DNA from: Candidatus Kuenenia stuttgartensis
Lineage (GTDB): Bacteria > Planctomycetota > Brocadiia > Brocadiales > Brocadiaceae
Assembly (NCBI RefSeq): GCF_900232105.1
Contig: NZ_LT934425.1
Location: 3,630,001-3,662,000 of the forward strand
Length of the DNA stretch: 32,000 bases
Reading direction: 5' to 3'
Under the pieces are notes generated by a model that did no database searches, was not told the origin of the DNA, and saw only the letters and a program-made list of their open reading frames with translations. Below, one piece after another: positions 25,084 to 32,000 of this stretch (the first letter of the stretch is position 1; every line of letters begins with the position of its first letter). The translations under genes and the position numbers were made by a program.

Positions 25084-25992
25084 TTATTTGTTATCATGTG
25101 CGTGGGTATGGTCTTGTTCATGCGCATGTTCTTTGTTGTATAGATGTTTACTACTTTCACCATTGTTATTGTTGCATTCGCATCCATACTGTATCACAGT
25201 ATGTCCTATCCTGAATTTCTCAACTAAAACACGGTTAATTTCCCTTGAAATTGCGGCAGTTTTGCTGATCGGCATATCCTTCGTGTCTATATGCACGCTC
25301 ATTGCATACATGCCGGAAGTAATTGTCCAAATATGAATATCATGCGCTCCGTCAACGCCCGTGATTTGCTCTAATTGTGAAATTACCTCCCCGACATTAA
25401 TATCCTTTGGCGTTGCTTCAAGCAAAATATCAACTGATTCCATTATTAATTTGTATGACCATATCAGGATGAGGATGCATAGCATTATACTAATGATGGG
25501 ATCGATAATATACCAGTTTGTATAATAAATAATAACTGCGCCGATTATTACGCCAACGGAGGAAATGGTATCTCCAAGCATATGCAAAAAAGCCGATTTG
25601 ACATTCAGACTGTGCCCATGTTCGCCTGACTTAAGAATATAAACACAGCTTATATTTGCAAGCAGGCCTATAATAGCCAGGAAAAACATCATGCCGCTAG
25701 ATATCGCTTCCGGGGTTACAAACCGATGGTATGCTTCGTAAAATATCCAAACGGTGATGAGGAGGAGTATGATGCCGTTAAGCAATGCTGCCAGTATTTC
25801 TAACCGGTAAAAACCGTAGGTCTTTCTTTGCGTAGGCGGTTTTGATGCAAACATTATGGCAAACAGGCTAATCAATAAAGCAAAGAGGTGGGTGAGCATA
25901 TGGCCTGCATCACTAAGTAAGGCAAGGCTGTTTGTGATAATCCCGCCAATTACTTCAACAATAAATATGACTCCCGTGATAGCGCTTGCCAT
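25084..25992 (-). CDS. Cation diffusion facilitator (CDF/CzcD-like) transporter with His-rich C-terminus
   Basis: TNSLALLSDAGHMLTHLFALLISLFA, TYGFYRLEILAALLNG, SAFLHMLGDTISSVGVIIGAVII, WYIIDPIISIMLCILILI, C-terminal HAHEQDHTHAHDNK. Confidence 0.93.
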   Translation of the reverse strand: MASAITGVIFIVEVIGGIITNSLALLSDAGHMLTHLFALLISLFAIMFASKPPTQRKTYGFYRLEILAALLNGIILLLITVWIFYEAYHRFVTPEAISSGMMFFLAIIGLLANISCVYILKSGEHGHSLNVKSAFLHMLGDTISSVGVIIGAVIIYYTNWYIIDPIISIMLCILILIWSYKLIMESVDILLEATPKDINVGEVISQLEQITGVDGAHDIHIWTITSGMYAMSVHIDTKDMPISKTAAISREINRVLVEKFRIGHTVIQYGCECNNNNGESSKHLYNKEHAHEQDHTHAHDNK

Positions 25993-26114
25993 GATAAGCT
26001 TTTTTCGCTCGTGAAGTCTATAGGTATGCTTGTGCGTATTCCCTTCAGATGAATTGTAATAATCTAAGTCATGAATGTGTTTAATGGCATGTCTCCATAT
26101 TTATTTTCAGGATA

Positions 26115-26227
26115 CCGGCTCGAAAATAAGACTACAAAAAATAGTTTAAGTACAGATACTACAACACGATATGGTTATAAGCCTATTTTCATCGTTTCCG
26201 GGTGTTGCAAATGAAACATGATGACTA
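26115..26227 (+). repeat. 113-bp direct repeat, copy 1
   Basis: Matches 26571-26683 at a constant offset of 456 nt, about 10 mismatches. Confidence 0.85.
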
Positions 26228-26303
26228 GTGACTTATTTTGTCATAACAAGGGCATCCGTTTGTCATTGCTAACACATCCGTTTGTCATTGCAAGGGCATC
26301 ATC

Positions 26304-26504
26304 TGTCATTGCGAGGGCTTTTTCCGAAGCAATCTCATAAACCGTCATAGAGATCCTTCCATCCTGCATCATTCCATTAATTAATTCTATTTTTTTTAGC
26401 CCTTGAGCCACCCTTAATTTGCTTCTCCCGCGATATGGCGTTTCTTACGTCACGAAATATCTCTTAGTATACTGATTGCTTCGGAAAAGACCCTCACAAT
26501 GACA
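26304..26504. repeat. Inverted-repeat element with arms TGTCATTGCGAGGGCTTTTTCCGAAGCAATC
   Basis: Arms 26304-26334 and 26474-26504 (28 of 31 pair). Preceded by imperfect tandem copies of CATCCGTTTGTCATTGC from ~26253. Confidence 0.8.
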
Positions 26505-26570
26505 AGCTGATACCTTTTTGGATGACCCTATACATTTGAACCGGTACAGAAACAGAAATGCCGGACATTT

Positions 26571-26683
26571 CCGACTCGAAAGTAAGACTACGAAAAATAG
26601 TTTAAGTACAGATACTACAACACGAGATGGTTATAAAACCATTTTCATCGTTTCCGGGTGCTGCCAATGCAACATGATGACTA
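26571..26683 (+). repeat. 113-bp direct repeat, copy 2
   Basis: ccgactcgaaagtaagactacgaaaaatagtttaagtacagatactacaacacgagatgg...acatgatgacta. Confidence 0.85.
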
Positions 26684-26780
26684 TTTGGAAATAATTTAAT
26701 ATTAAGGGATTTCAAGATGAATTATAAATACCTCTCTTATCTAAAACAAACCTTTTTTAATTTGTTTAATGTTTTTAAAA

Positions 26781-26810
26781 TTGAAATAAAAAGGTTCATT
26801 TTTGTATAAT
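26781..26810 (+). promoter_or_regulatory. Candidate sigma70 promoter upstream of the molybdoenzyme gene
   Basis: TTGAAA (26781-26786), 18-nt spacer, TGTATAAT with TATAAT at 26805-26810. Confidence 0.35.
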
Positions 26811-26953
26811 TAAACCTTTATGCTTTTTTAAATGTGTGGCATAATAAATTTTAACGCGTAATTTTGCAGGCGATTTAGACTTTTTGTACATTAATGCTAA
26901 ACCTATTTTTTTACAAATTATATGTGAGATAGTTATAAAATGCAGGAGGAGAC

Positions 26954-29644
26954 ATGACGACAGTAATAATAGACGGGAAGCGTGTGGAGGCAGACCCTTC
27001 GCAGACGATACTGGAAGCAGCACGTCGGGTTGGGATACGGATACCGACACTATGCCATGATCCGCGGTTGAAGCCATCGGGGGCGTGCAGGATATGTGTG
27101 GTGGAAGTGGAAGGGAAGGACAATTTGGCGGCTTCGTGTGCGACGCCTGTATCGGAGGGCATGAAGGTGTCAACCCGGAGCGAAGCGGTGCTGCGTTCCC
27201 GGCGGCTGAATCTGGAATTGCTCTGGTCGAATCATCCCAATGATTGCCTTACCTGCGACAAGGCGGGGGAGTGTAGCCTGCAGAACCTGATGTATGAGTA
27301 TGACGTAAAGACATCGCGGTTTGTGAAGCAGAATCCCGTGCCTGCGCCTGACGAGTCTAATCCTGCCATTTACCGTGACATGAACAAGTGCATAATGTGC
27401 GGCAAATGTGTCAGGATATGCGATGAAGTGCAGGGGCAGCATGTGTGGACGTTTTCGGATCGTGGGATAAAGACAAGGGTATCAACCGCCTTTGAGAAAT
27501 CGATGCAGGACGGGGGTTGTGTGTTCTGCGGTCATTGTGTATCCGTCTGTCCGGTGGGGGCGTTAATGGACAAGCCGGTAATGAAGAAGGCGCGTTCATG
27601 GGAGACCAGAAAAGTGAGGACGGTATGTTCTTACTGCGGGGTGGGTTGCAGTCTGGTGCTCCATATAAAAAACAATGAAATATTACAAGTAACGGCGGAT
27701 ATAAACTCTGCGCCCAATTATGGGAGCCTCTGTGTTAAGGGGCGGTATGGATTTGAATTTTATTCAAGCAAGGATCGTTTAAAAACGCCGCTTGTGCGTG
27801 ATAACATAAACGAACCGTTTCGGGAAGCAAGCTGGGAAGAGGCAATCGGCCTTGTGGCGAAGAGATTTTCGGAGATAAAGAAAAAGTACGGCCCGGATTC
27901 GTTCGGGTGTCTGAGTTCATCGAGGGGTACAAACGAGGAAAACTTTCTTGCCCAGAAATTTACACGTGTGGTAATGGGCACCAATAATATGGACAATTGT
28001 GCACGTGTATGTCATGCGCCTTCGGTAACGGGGCTGAGGGCTGCGCTTGGGAGCGGAGCGGCAACAAACTCACTGGCCGATATTGAAGGCGCTGAAGTGC
28101 TCATCGTGAGCGGTTCCAACACGACGGAAGCCCACCCGGTAGCCGCGTTAAAAATAAAAAAGGCGGTGAGGCAGAACGGAGCGAAACTCATCGTAATAGA
28201 TCCCAGAAAAATAGAACTGGTCAAATATGCGGATATACACCTTCAGTTAAGGGCAGGGACAAATGTGGCGCTCATAAACGGACTCCTTCATGTAATCATA
28301 AAAGAGGGATTGCAGAATGACGACTTCATAGAAAGGCGTACCGAGAACTTTGAAATGCTGAAGCAGGTAGTAAGCAAATATACCCCTGAAGAGACGGAGG
28401 CGATTACCGGGGTACCGAAGGAAGACATAATAAAAGCCGCAAGGATGTATGCGGGTACGAACAAGGGTATGATCATTTACGGGTTAGGGATGACGGAGCA
28501 CAAGGCGGGTTCACACGGGGTAATGTCTTTGGCGAATCTGGCGCTAATAACCGGGAATGTTGGGCGTCCGAATACGGGTATAAACCCTCTGCGTGGGCAG
28601 AACAACGTACAGGGGTCGTGTGATATGGGTGCATTGCCGGACGTATATGCATGTTACCAGAGGGTGGACGATCCGGAAGCCAACCGTAAGCATGCTGAAG
28701 CATGGAAGGTAAAGAAGCTTCCGGAGAAGCCCGGTTTGAAAGAGCCGCAGATGTACCGTGCGATAGAATCCGGGGATTTGAAGGCGATGTATATAATAGG
28801 CTATGACCCGGCGATATCACAGGCGGATATAAACAAGGTAAGGGCATCAATAAGCAAGCTTGAATTTCTGGCGGTGCAGGAGCTATTCATGACAGAGACG
28901 GCGAAACTTGCGCATGTGGTATTGCCAACGAGTTGTTACTTTGAGAAGGATGGTACGTTTACCAATGCGGAGAGAAGAGTACGGAGGCTACATAAGGCTA
29001 TACCGTTGCCGGAGGGAACGAAATCGGACTGGGATATTATTTGTTCAATCGCCACGGCAATGGGATACCCTATGAGTTATAATCATCCGAGTGAGATTAT
29101 GGATGAGATAGCGAAGCTGACGCCTGATATGGCGGGTATTAATTACAAGCGTCTGGAGGGAGACGGGTTAGTGTGGCCTGTGTGGGACATGAATCATCCC
29201 GGAACGCCGATACTGCATAAAGACACCTTTAAAAGGGGTAGGGGTATGTTTAACGACCTGATGTATACCCCTTCAGAAGAATTGCCGGACGAAGAGTATC
29301 CGTTGTTGCTGACAACCGGCCGGCGGCTGTATCAGTATAATAATGGATCGATGTCGTTGAGGAATCCGGAGATATGCGCCATAAACTCTGAGGAGTTTAT
29401 GGAGATACATCCGGCGGATGCGGCGAAACTGGATATAAAATCAGGCGAGAAGGTCAGAGTATCTTCGAGGCGTGGTTCGCTGGAAGTGAAGACGGAGGTA
29501 ACGGAAAAATCCCGTTTGGGAAGCGTCTTTCTATCCTTCCATTATCCTGAAACACCGACGAATGTGTTAACGGGGCCTGGAGAAGATATGCTTGCGCTTA
29601 CACCGGAGTATAAGGTGTGTGCCGTTAAGGTAGAGAAAATGTAA
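26954..29644 (+). CDS. Formate dehydrogenase alpha subunit-like molybdopterin oxidoreductase (Cys form) with N-terminal 2Fe-2S and 4Fe-4S domains
   Basis: RRVGIRIPTLCHDPRLKPSGACRICVVEVEG; HPNDCLTCDKAGECSLQ; CIMCGKCVRICDEVQG; CVFCGHCVSVCPVGAL; TVCSYCGVGCSL; NNMDNCARVCHAPSVTGL (Cys at the position that is Sec or Cys in FdhF-type enzymes); NPLRGQNNVQGSCDMG. SD caggaggag. Confidence 0.92.
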   Translation: MTTVIIDGKRVEADPSQTILEAARRVGIRIPTLCHDPRLKPSGACRICVVEVEGKDNLAASCATPVSEGMKVSTRSEAVLRSRRLNLELLWSNHPNDCLTCDKAGECSLQNLMYEYDVKTSRFVKQNPVPAPDESNPAIYRDMNKCIMCGKCVRICDEVQGQHVWTFSDRGIKTRVSTAFEKSMQDGGCVFCGHCVSVCPVGALMDKPVMKKARSWETRKVRTVCSYCGVGCSLVLHIKNNEILQVTADINSAPNYGSLCVKGRYGFEFYSSKDRLKTPLVRDNINEPFREASWEEAIGLVAKRFSEIKKKYGPDSFGCLSSSRGTNEENFLAQKFTRVVMGTNNMDNCARVCHAPSVTGLRAALGSGAATNSLADIEGAEVLIVSGSNTTEAHPVAALKIKKAVRQNGAKLIVIDPRKIELVKYADIHLQLRAGTNVALINGLLHVIIKEGLQNDDFIERRTENFEMLKQVVSKYTPEETEAITGVPKEDIIKAARMYAGTNKGMIIYGLGMTEHKAGSHGVMSLANLALITGNVGRPNTGINPLRGQNNVQGSCDMGALPDVYACYQRVDDPEANRKHAEAWKVKKLPEKPGLKEPQMYRAIESGDLKAMYIIGYDPAISQADINKVRASISKLEFLAVQELFMTETAKLAHVVLPTSCYFEKDGTFTNAERRVRRLHKAIPLPEGTKSDWDIICSIATAMGYPMSYNHPSEIMDEIAKLTPDMAGINYKRLEGDGLVWPVWDMNHPGTPILHKDTFKRGRGMFNDLMYTPSEELPDEEYPLLLTTGRRLYQYNNGSMSLRNPEICAINSEEFMEIHPADAAKLDIKSGEKVRVSSRRGSLEVKTEVTEKSRLGSVFLSFHYPETPTNVLTGPGEDMLALTPEYKVCAVKVEKM

Positions 29645-29722
29645 ACAAACACTACGGTTATATTTTTGTTTCAGAGATATAGCCGCGATTGTATATATGC
29701 TTCACCAGTATATAAAGGAAAC

Positions 29723-29755
29723 AACCCTGACAGGGTTTGGAACCCTGTCAGGGTT
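29723..29755. repeat. Nested perfect inverted repeat
   Basis: AACCCTGACAGGGTT-TGG-AACCCTGTCAGGGTT: 15-bp arms, each nearly palindromic itself. Confidence 0.85.
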
Positions 29756-29920
29756 AAACGGTGATGGTATTCAAATACATTTGTGAACCAGGAGTTCGGG
29801 AACGAGCTGGGGAAATGTTCAAAACCCGGTTTTTTAATTGGAATTTTGGAATTTGGAATTTGTTTCGAATTTCGTACTTCGAACTTCGGATTTTTTATTT
29901 CTTGCTTGTTTGGTTCCGGC

Positions 29921-31036
29921 TTAATGATAGGATTTTGTAGTAGTTTCCTGTTGCTCCGGAGGGGTATAAGGATACATTACATCTTTTACCTTTTCTCCCA
30001 AAACGGCAATGTCATTTAAATTATTAGAGCCAAGGCCGTAACTGCTTGCGAGTTGTATGTGGTTGTAGCAATTCACAAATGGAGGATAGGGGTAAGCCGT
30101 TTCCGGTGAAAACCCCATTATTGCGGTTCCTATACTATCCACTGCAACTGCATTATCGCCTGCTACCAATACCCCTGGAGTTGCGTAAGAGATGTTTTTT
30201 ACCCACGGACCCTCGCCCTTATCGATGGCAGATATGCCGTCTATAAACGCAAAATCAATCGGAAAAGCCCTTGCAATATCCACTATATTATAAGGGATTT
30301 GAGTTCTTTGGTCGGGAGAGTGTACGTACTGCATGCGTGCGCCATTTCCATTTGTTCCATATTTTTGAATGGGCAACAGACCAATCATGTTTTTCAAAGA
30401 CAGGGTAACTCCTGCCGAGCTGTGGACTTTTAATTTTGATACGGTGATAAGGCAATCTGTTTCGGCAATATGATTGTTCACCGCGATAGAGTTGTAAATA
30501 AGCCCTCTTTCAATGTCTACATGAGTGAAATCAGGATAAGGGTCTGCCTTATTCAGATCAATCAATGTTGCTTCGAGTTGAGAGGCAATTACGTCATATC
30601 CAAGCGCCGTGAATGCCTCCATTGTATTTGATGGATGTGTGGAGCCTTCAACGATAAATAATGAACCAGCGCCAAGATCAAGCAATACCTCTCCAAGCGC
30701 CTTCACCACCAGCGGATTTGTAACGTACGTATCGCCAGCAGGCAGGTCGAGACAATCTTTGGTTGCAACAAGATTTATTTTAAGGGATATTTTATCCCCA
30801 TACGAAAAAAAGGGATTAATCTGATACAGGCTTGCAACCATTTCCCCAATACAGTTTTTAAGCTGTTGAAAGTCGTTTTTGTCGTAAGAGGTATATTTTT
30901 TAATGTATACGGAGTGTTTTTTTTGCTGAAGTCCTCCGTAACTGGTAAAAATGGTAGGAAAAGTGCTCATGGCAAATGTTCCTGCCGTTCCCTTGAGAAA
31001 ATCTCTTCTGGTATAATCCTTGCATCGTACACGCAT
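29921..31036 (-). CDS. DUF362-type protein with Tat-like signal
   Basis: MRVRCKDYTRRDFLKGTAGTFAMSTFPTIFTS (RRDFLK); VTNPLVVKALGEVLLDLGAGSLFIVEGST; CLITVSKLKVHSSAGVTLSLKNMIGLLP; VLVAGDNAVAVDSIGTAIMG. The start at 31036 is preferred over 31246. Confidence 0.85.
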   Translation of the reverse strand: MRVRCKDYTRRDFLKGTAGTFAMSTFPTIFTSYGGLQQKKHSVYIKKYTSYDKNDFQQLKNCIGEMVASLYQINPFFSYGDKISLKINLVATKDCLDLPAGDTYVTNPLVVKALGEVLLDLGAGSLFIVEGSTHPSNTMEAFTALGYDVIASQLEATLIDLNKADPYPDFTHVDIERGLIYNSIAVNNHIAETDCLITVSKLKVHSSAGVTLSLKNMIGLLPIQKYGTNGNGARMQYVHSPDQRTQIPYNIVDIARAFPIDFAFIDGISAIDKGEGPWVKNISYATPGVLVAGDNAVAVDSIGTAIMGFSPETAYPYPPFVNCYNHIQLASSYGLGSNNLNDIAVLGEKVKDVMYPYTPPEQQETTTKSYH

Positions 31037-31235
31037 ACATTTCTCTCTTTTTGGTGTTATCAGTATCTGTTTCCCGGGAAAATAACATCTCTCTGGATAC
31101 ATTGCATACGTCTCTTTGTGCTCCCCTATATCACAATGTAAATGTTTACAGATGGTGGACCATTTAAGGAAGCGCCTTAAAGATGTGGATAGGGAGAGGA
31201 TCCTTTTATTTTCGATGATTTTGCTGTACTCATGA

Positions 31236-31481
31236 TTAAGAAACACTATGTTTTAGAATATTGTAAAGCTCATCTTTTAAAGCAAGCCTGCGTTTTTTTA
31301 GTTCTTCAAGCGCAGTGTCCGACCGTGGTTCGATATCGTATTCAACACGGTACACCTTCCGATCGAGTTTGTGGTACTCATCAAAAAGTTTTTGAAAGTG
31401 TTCGTCAGACATTTTAAGGTCATGGATTTTGTCCCTAAATTCAGGAAATTCATTTGCGAGGGCATGGTGTTCGCTTTGCAT
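31236..31481 (-). CDS. DUF465/YdcH-like small coiled-coil protein
   Basis: FPEFRDKIHDLKMSDEHFQKLFDEYHKLDRKVYRVE...LEELKKRRLALKDELYNILK. Confidence 0.8.
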   Translation of the reverse strand: MQSEHHALANEFPEFRDKIHDLKMSDEHFQKLFDEYHKLDRKVYRVEYDIEPRSDTALEELKKRRLALKDELYNILKHSVS

Positions 31482-31511
31482 TGTGCATCCTCTTTCTTAC
31501 GTTTTAACGAA

Positions 31512-31790
31512 TTAAGCTCGACTGGTAATTTCTATAAGGTGGTAGCCAAATTGCGTACAGATTGGTCCGTGAACTTTTCCTACTTCATCCCTGAATACTA
31601 CCTGGTCAAATTCCTTAACCATTTGCCCTGGTCCGAATTCTCCAAGATCTCCTCCCTGTTTGCCTGATGGACATTGCGAATACTGCTGGGCCATTGTTGC
31701 AAATTCTTCTCCATTTTGAATTTTTGATTTAATATCTTCGCATTCCTGTTGAGTTGAAACCAGAATATGACGCGCCCGTGCTCTTACCAT
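31512..31790 (-). CDS. Parvulin-type peptidyl-prolyl cis-trans isomerase
   Basis: ARARHILVSTQQECEDIKSKIQNGEEFATMAQQYSQCPSGKQGGDLGEFGPGQMVKEFDQVVF...GPICTQFGYHLIEI. Start at MVRARARH (31790) with upstream SD aaaggag. Confidence 0.9.
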   Translation of the reverse strand: MVRARARHILVSTQQECEDIKSKIQNGEEFATMAQQYSQCPSGKQGGDLGEFGPGQMVKEFDQVVFRDEVGKVHGPICTQFGYHLIEITSRA

Positions 31791-32000
31791 GCGGTACTCC
31801 TTTCGTAGTTTAAAATGATTAATTATCTGTACTATTTCACTGAAAAATTGCATAAAAGCCGAATTTTATTTCTGGCTCTCGTTCACACATGTTAGGCCAA
31901 TAATTCTTTTTCCCCGGTTAAGAGCGGTGTTGAAGAAGGCCTTCAGCAACTCCACAAGGGGGATTTATGGAGTTGTTCCACACACCACATAAACTATTCA

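Noticed and set aside
26796-28850. Several minus-strand ORFs (61-125 aa) opposite the molybdoenzyme gene
   Set aside because: These are Pro/Ser/His-rich shadow frames of a G-rich coding strand, with no recognisable motifs.
31854-32000. Right-edge sequence with CTCCACAAGGGGGATTTATGGAG inverted repeat
   Set aside because: A short imperfect inverted repeat at the window edge; there is too little context to assign an element.
1-32000. Anti-phage defence, toxin-antitoxin or biosynthetic cluster
   Set aside because: No restriction, CBASS, retron, TA or NRPS/PKS motifs are seen in any of the supplied translations; remaining genes are metabolic, secretory or regulatory.

Overview
This 32 kb window is AT-rich and chromosomal. 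It reads as a bacterial housekeeping and secretion region with many small dispersed repeats. From left to right it holds: (1) the distal part of a type II secretion operon (GspD, open at the left edge, then GspI/J/K/L/M); (2) a TPR lipoprotein, an exported SAM methyltransferase and malate dehydrogenase; (3) a membrane GGDEF protein, a decayed IS3-type remnant, and a strong cyclic-di-GMP-I (GEMM-I) riboswitch candidate followed by an intrinsic terminator and a secreted Pro/Thr-rich protein with an acidic tail; (4) a 708-aa DUF362 + ChaN-like + PDZ fusion; (5) a small zinc-ribbon ORF missing from the supplied track; (6) a minus-strand bioB-bioF-alr cluster, with bioB bracketed by ~64-bp inverted repeats; (7) a TIM-barrel-like hypothetical protein; (8) an ECF sigma / zf-HC2 anti-sigma pair overlapping at ATGA; (9) a cyclase-family hydrolase and a CDF cation transporter; (10) a repeat-dense intergenic region; (11) an orphan formate-dehydrogenase-like molybdoenzyme; (12) a Tat-signal DUF362 protein, a DUF465 protein and a parvulin. 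The most interesting non-coding signals are the riboswitch unit, two families of ~150-165 bp MITE-like elements with 16-26 bp terminal inverted repeats, a dispersed ~30-nt word repeated five times, heptamer tandem repeats, and several perfect 11-15 bp stem hairpins. I found no CRISPR array, rRNA, tRNA or obvious defence system. The best candidates for new biology are the riboswitch-controlled surface protein and the DUF362-ChaN-PDZ protein. All family calls come from reading motifs by eye; no database search was run.
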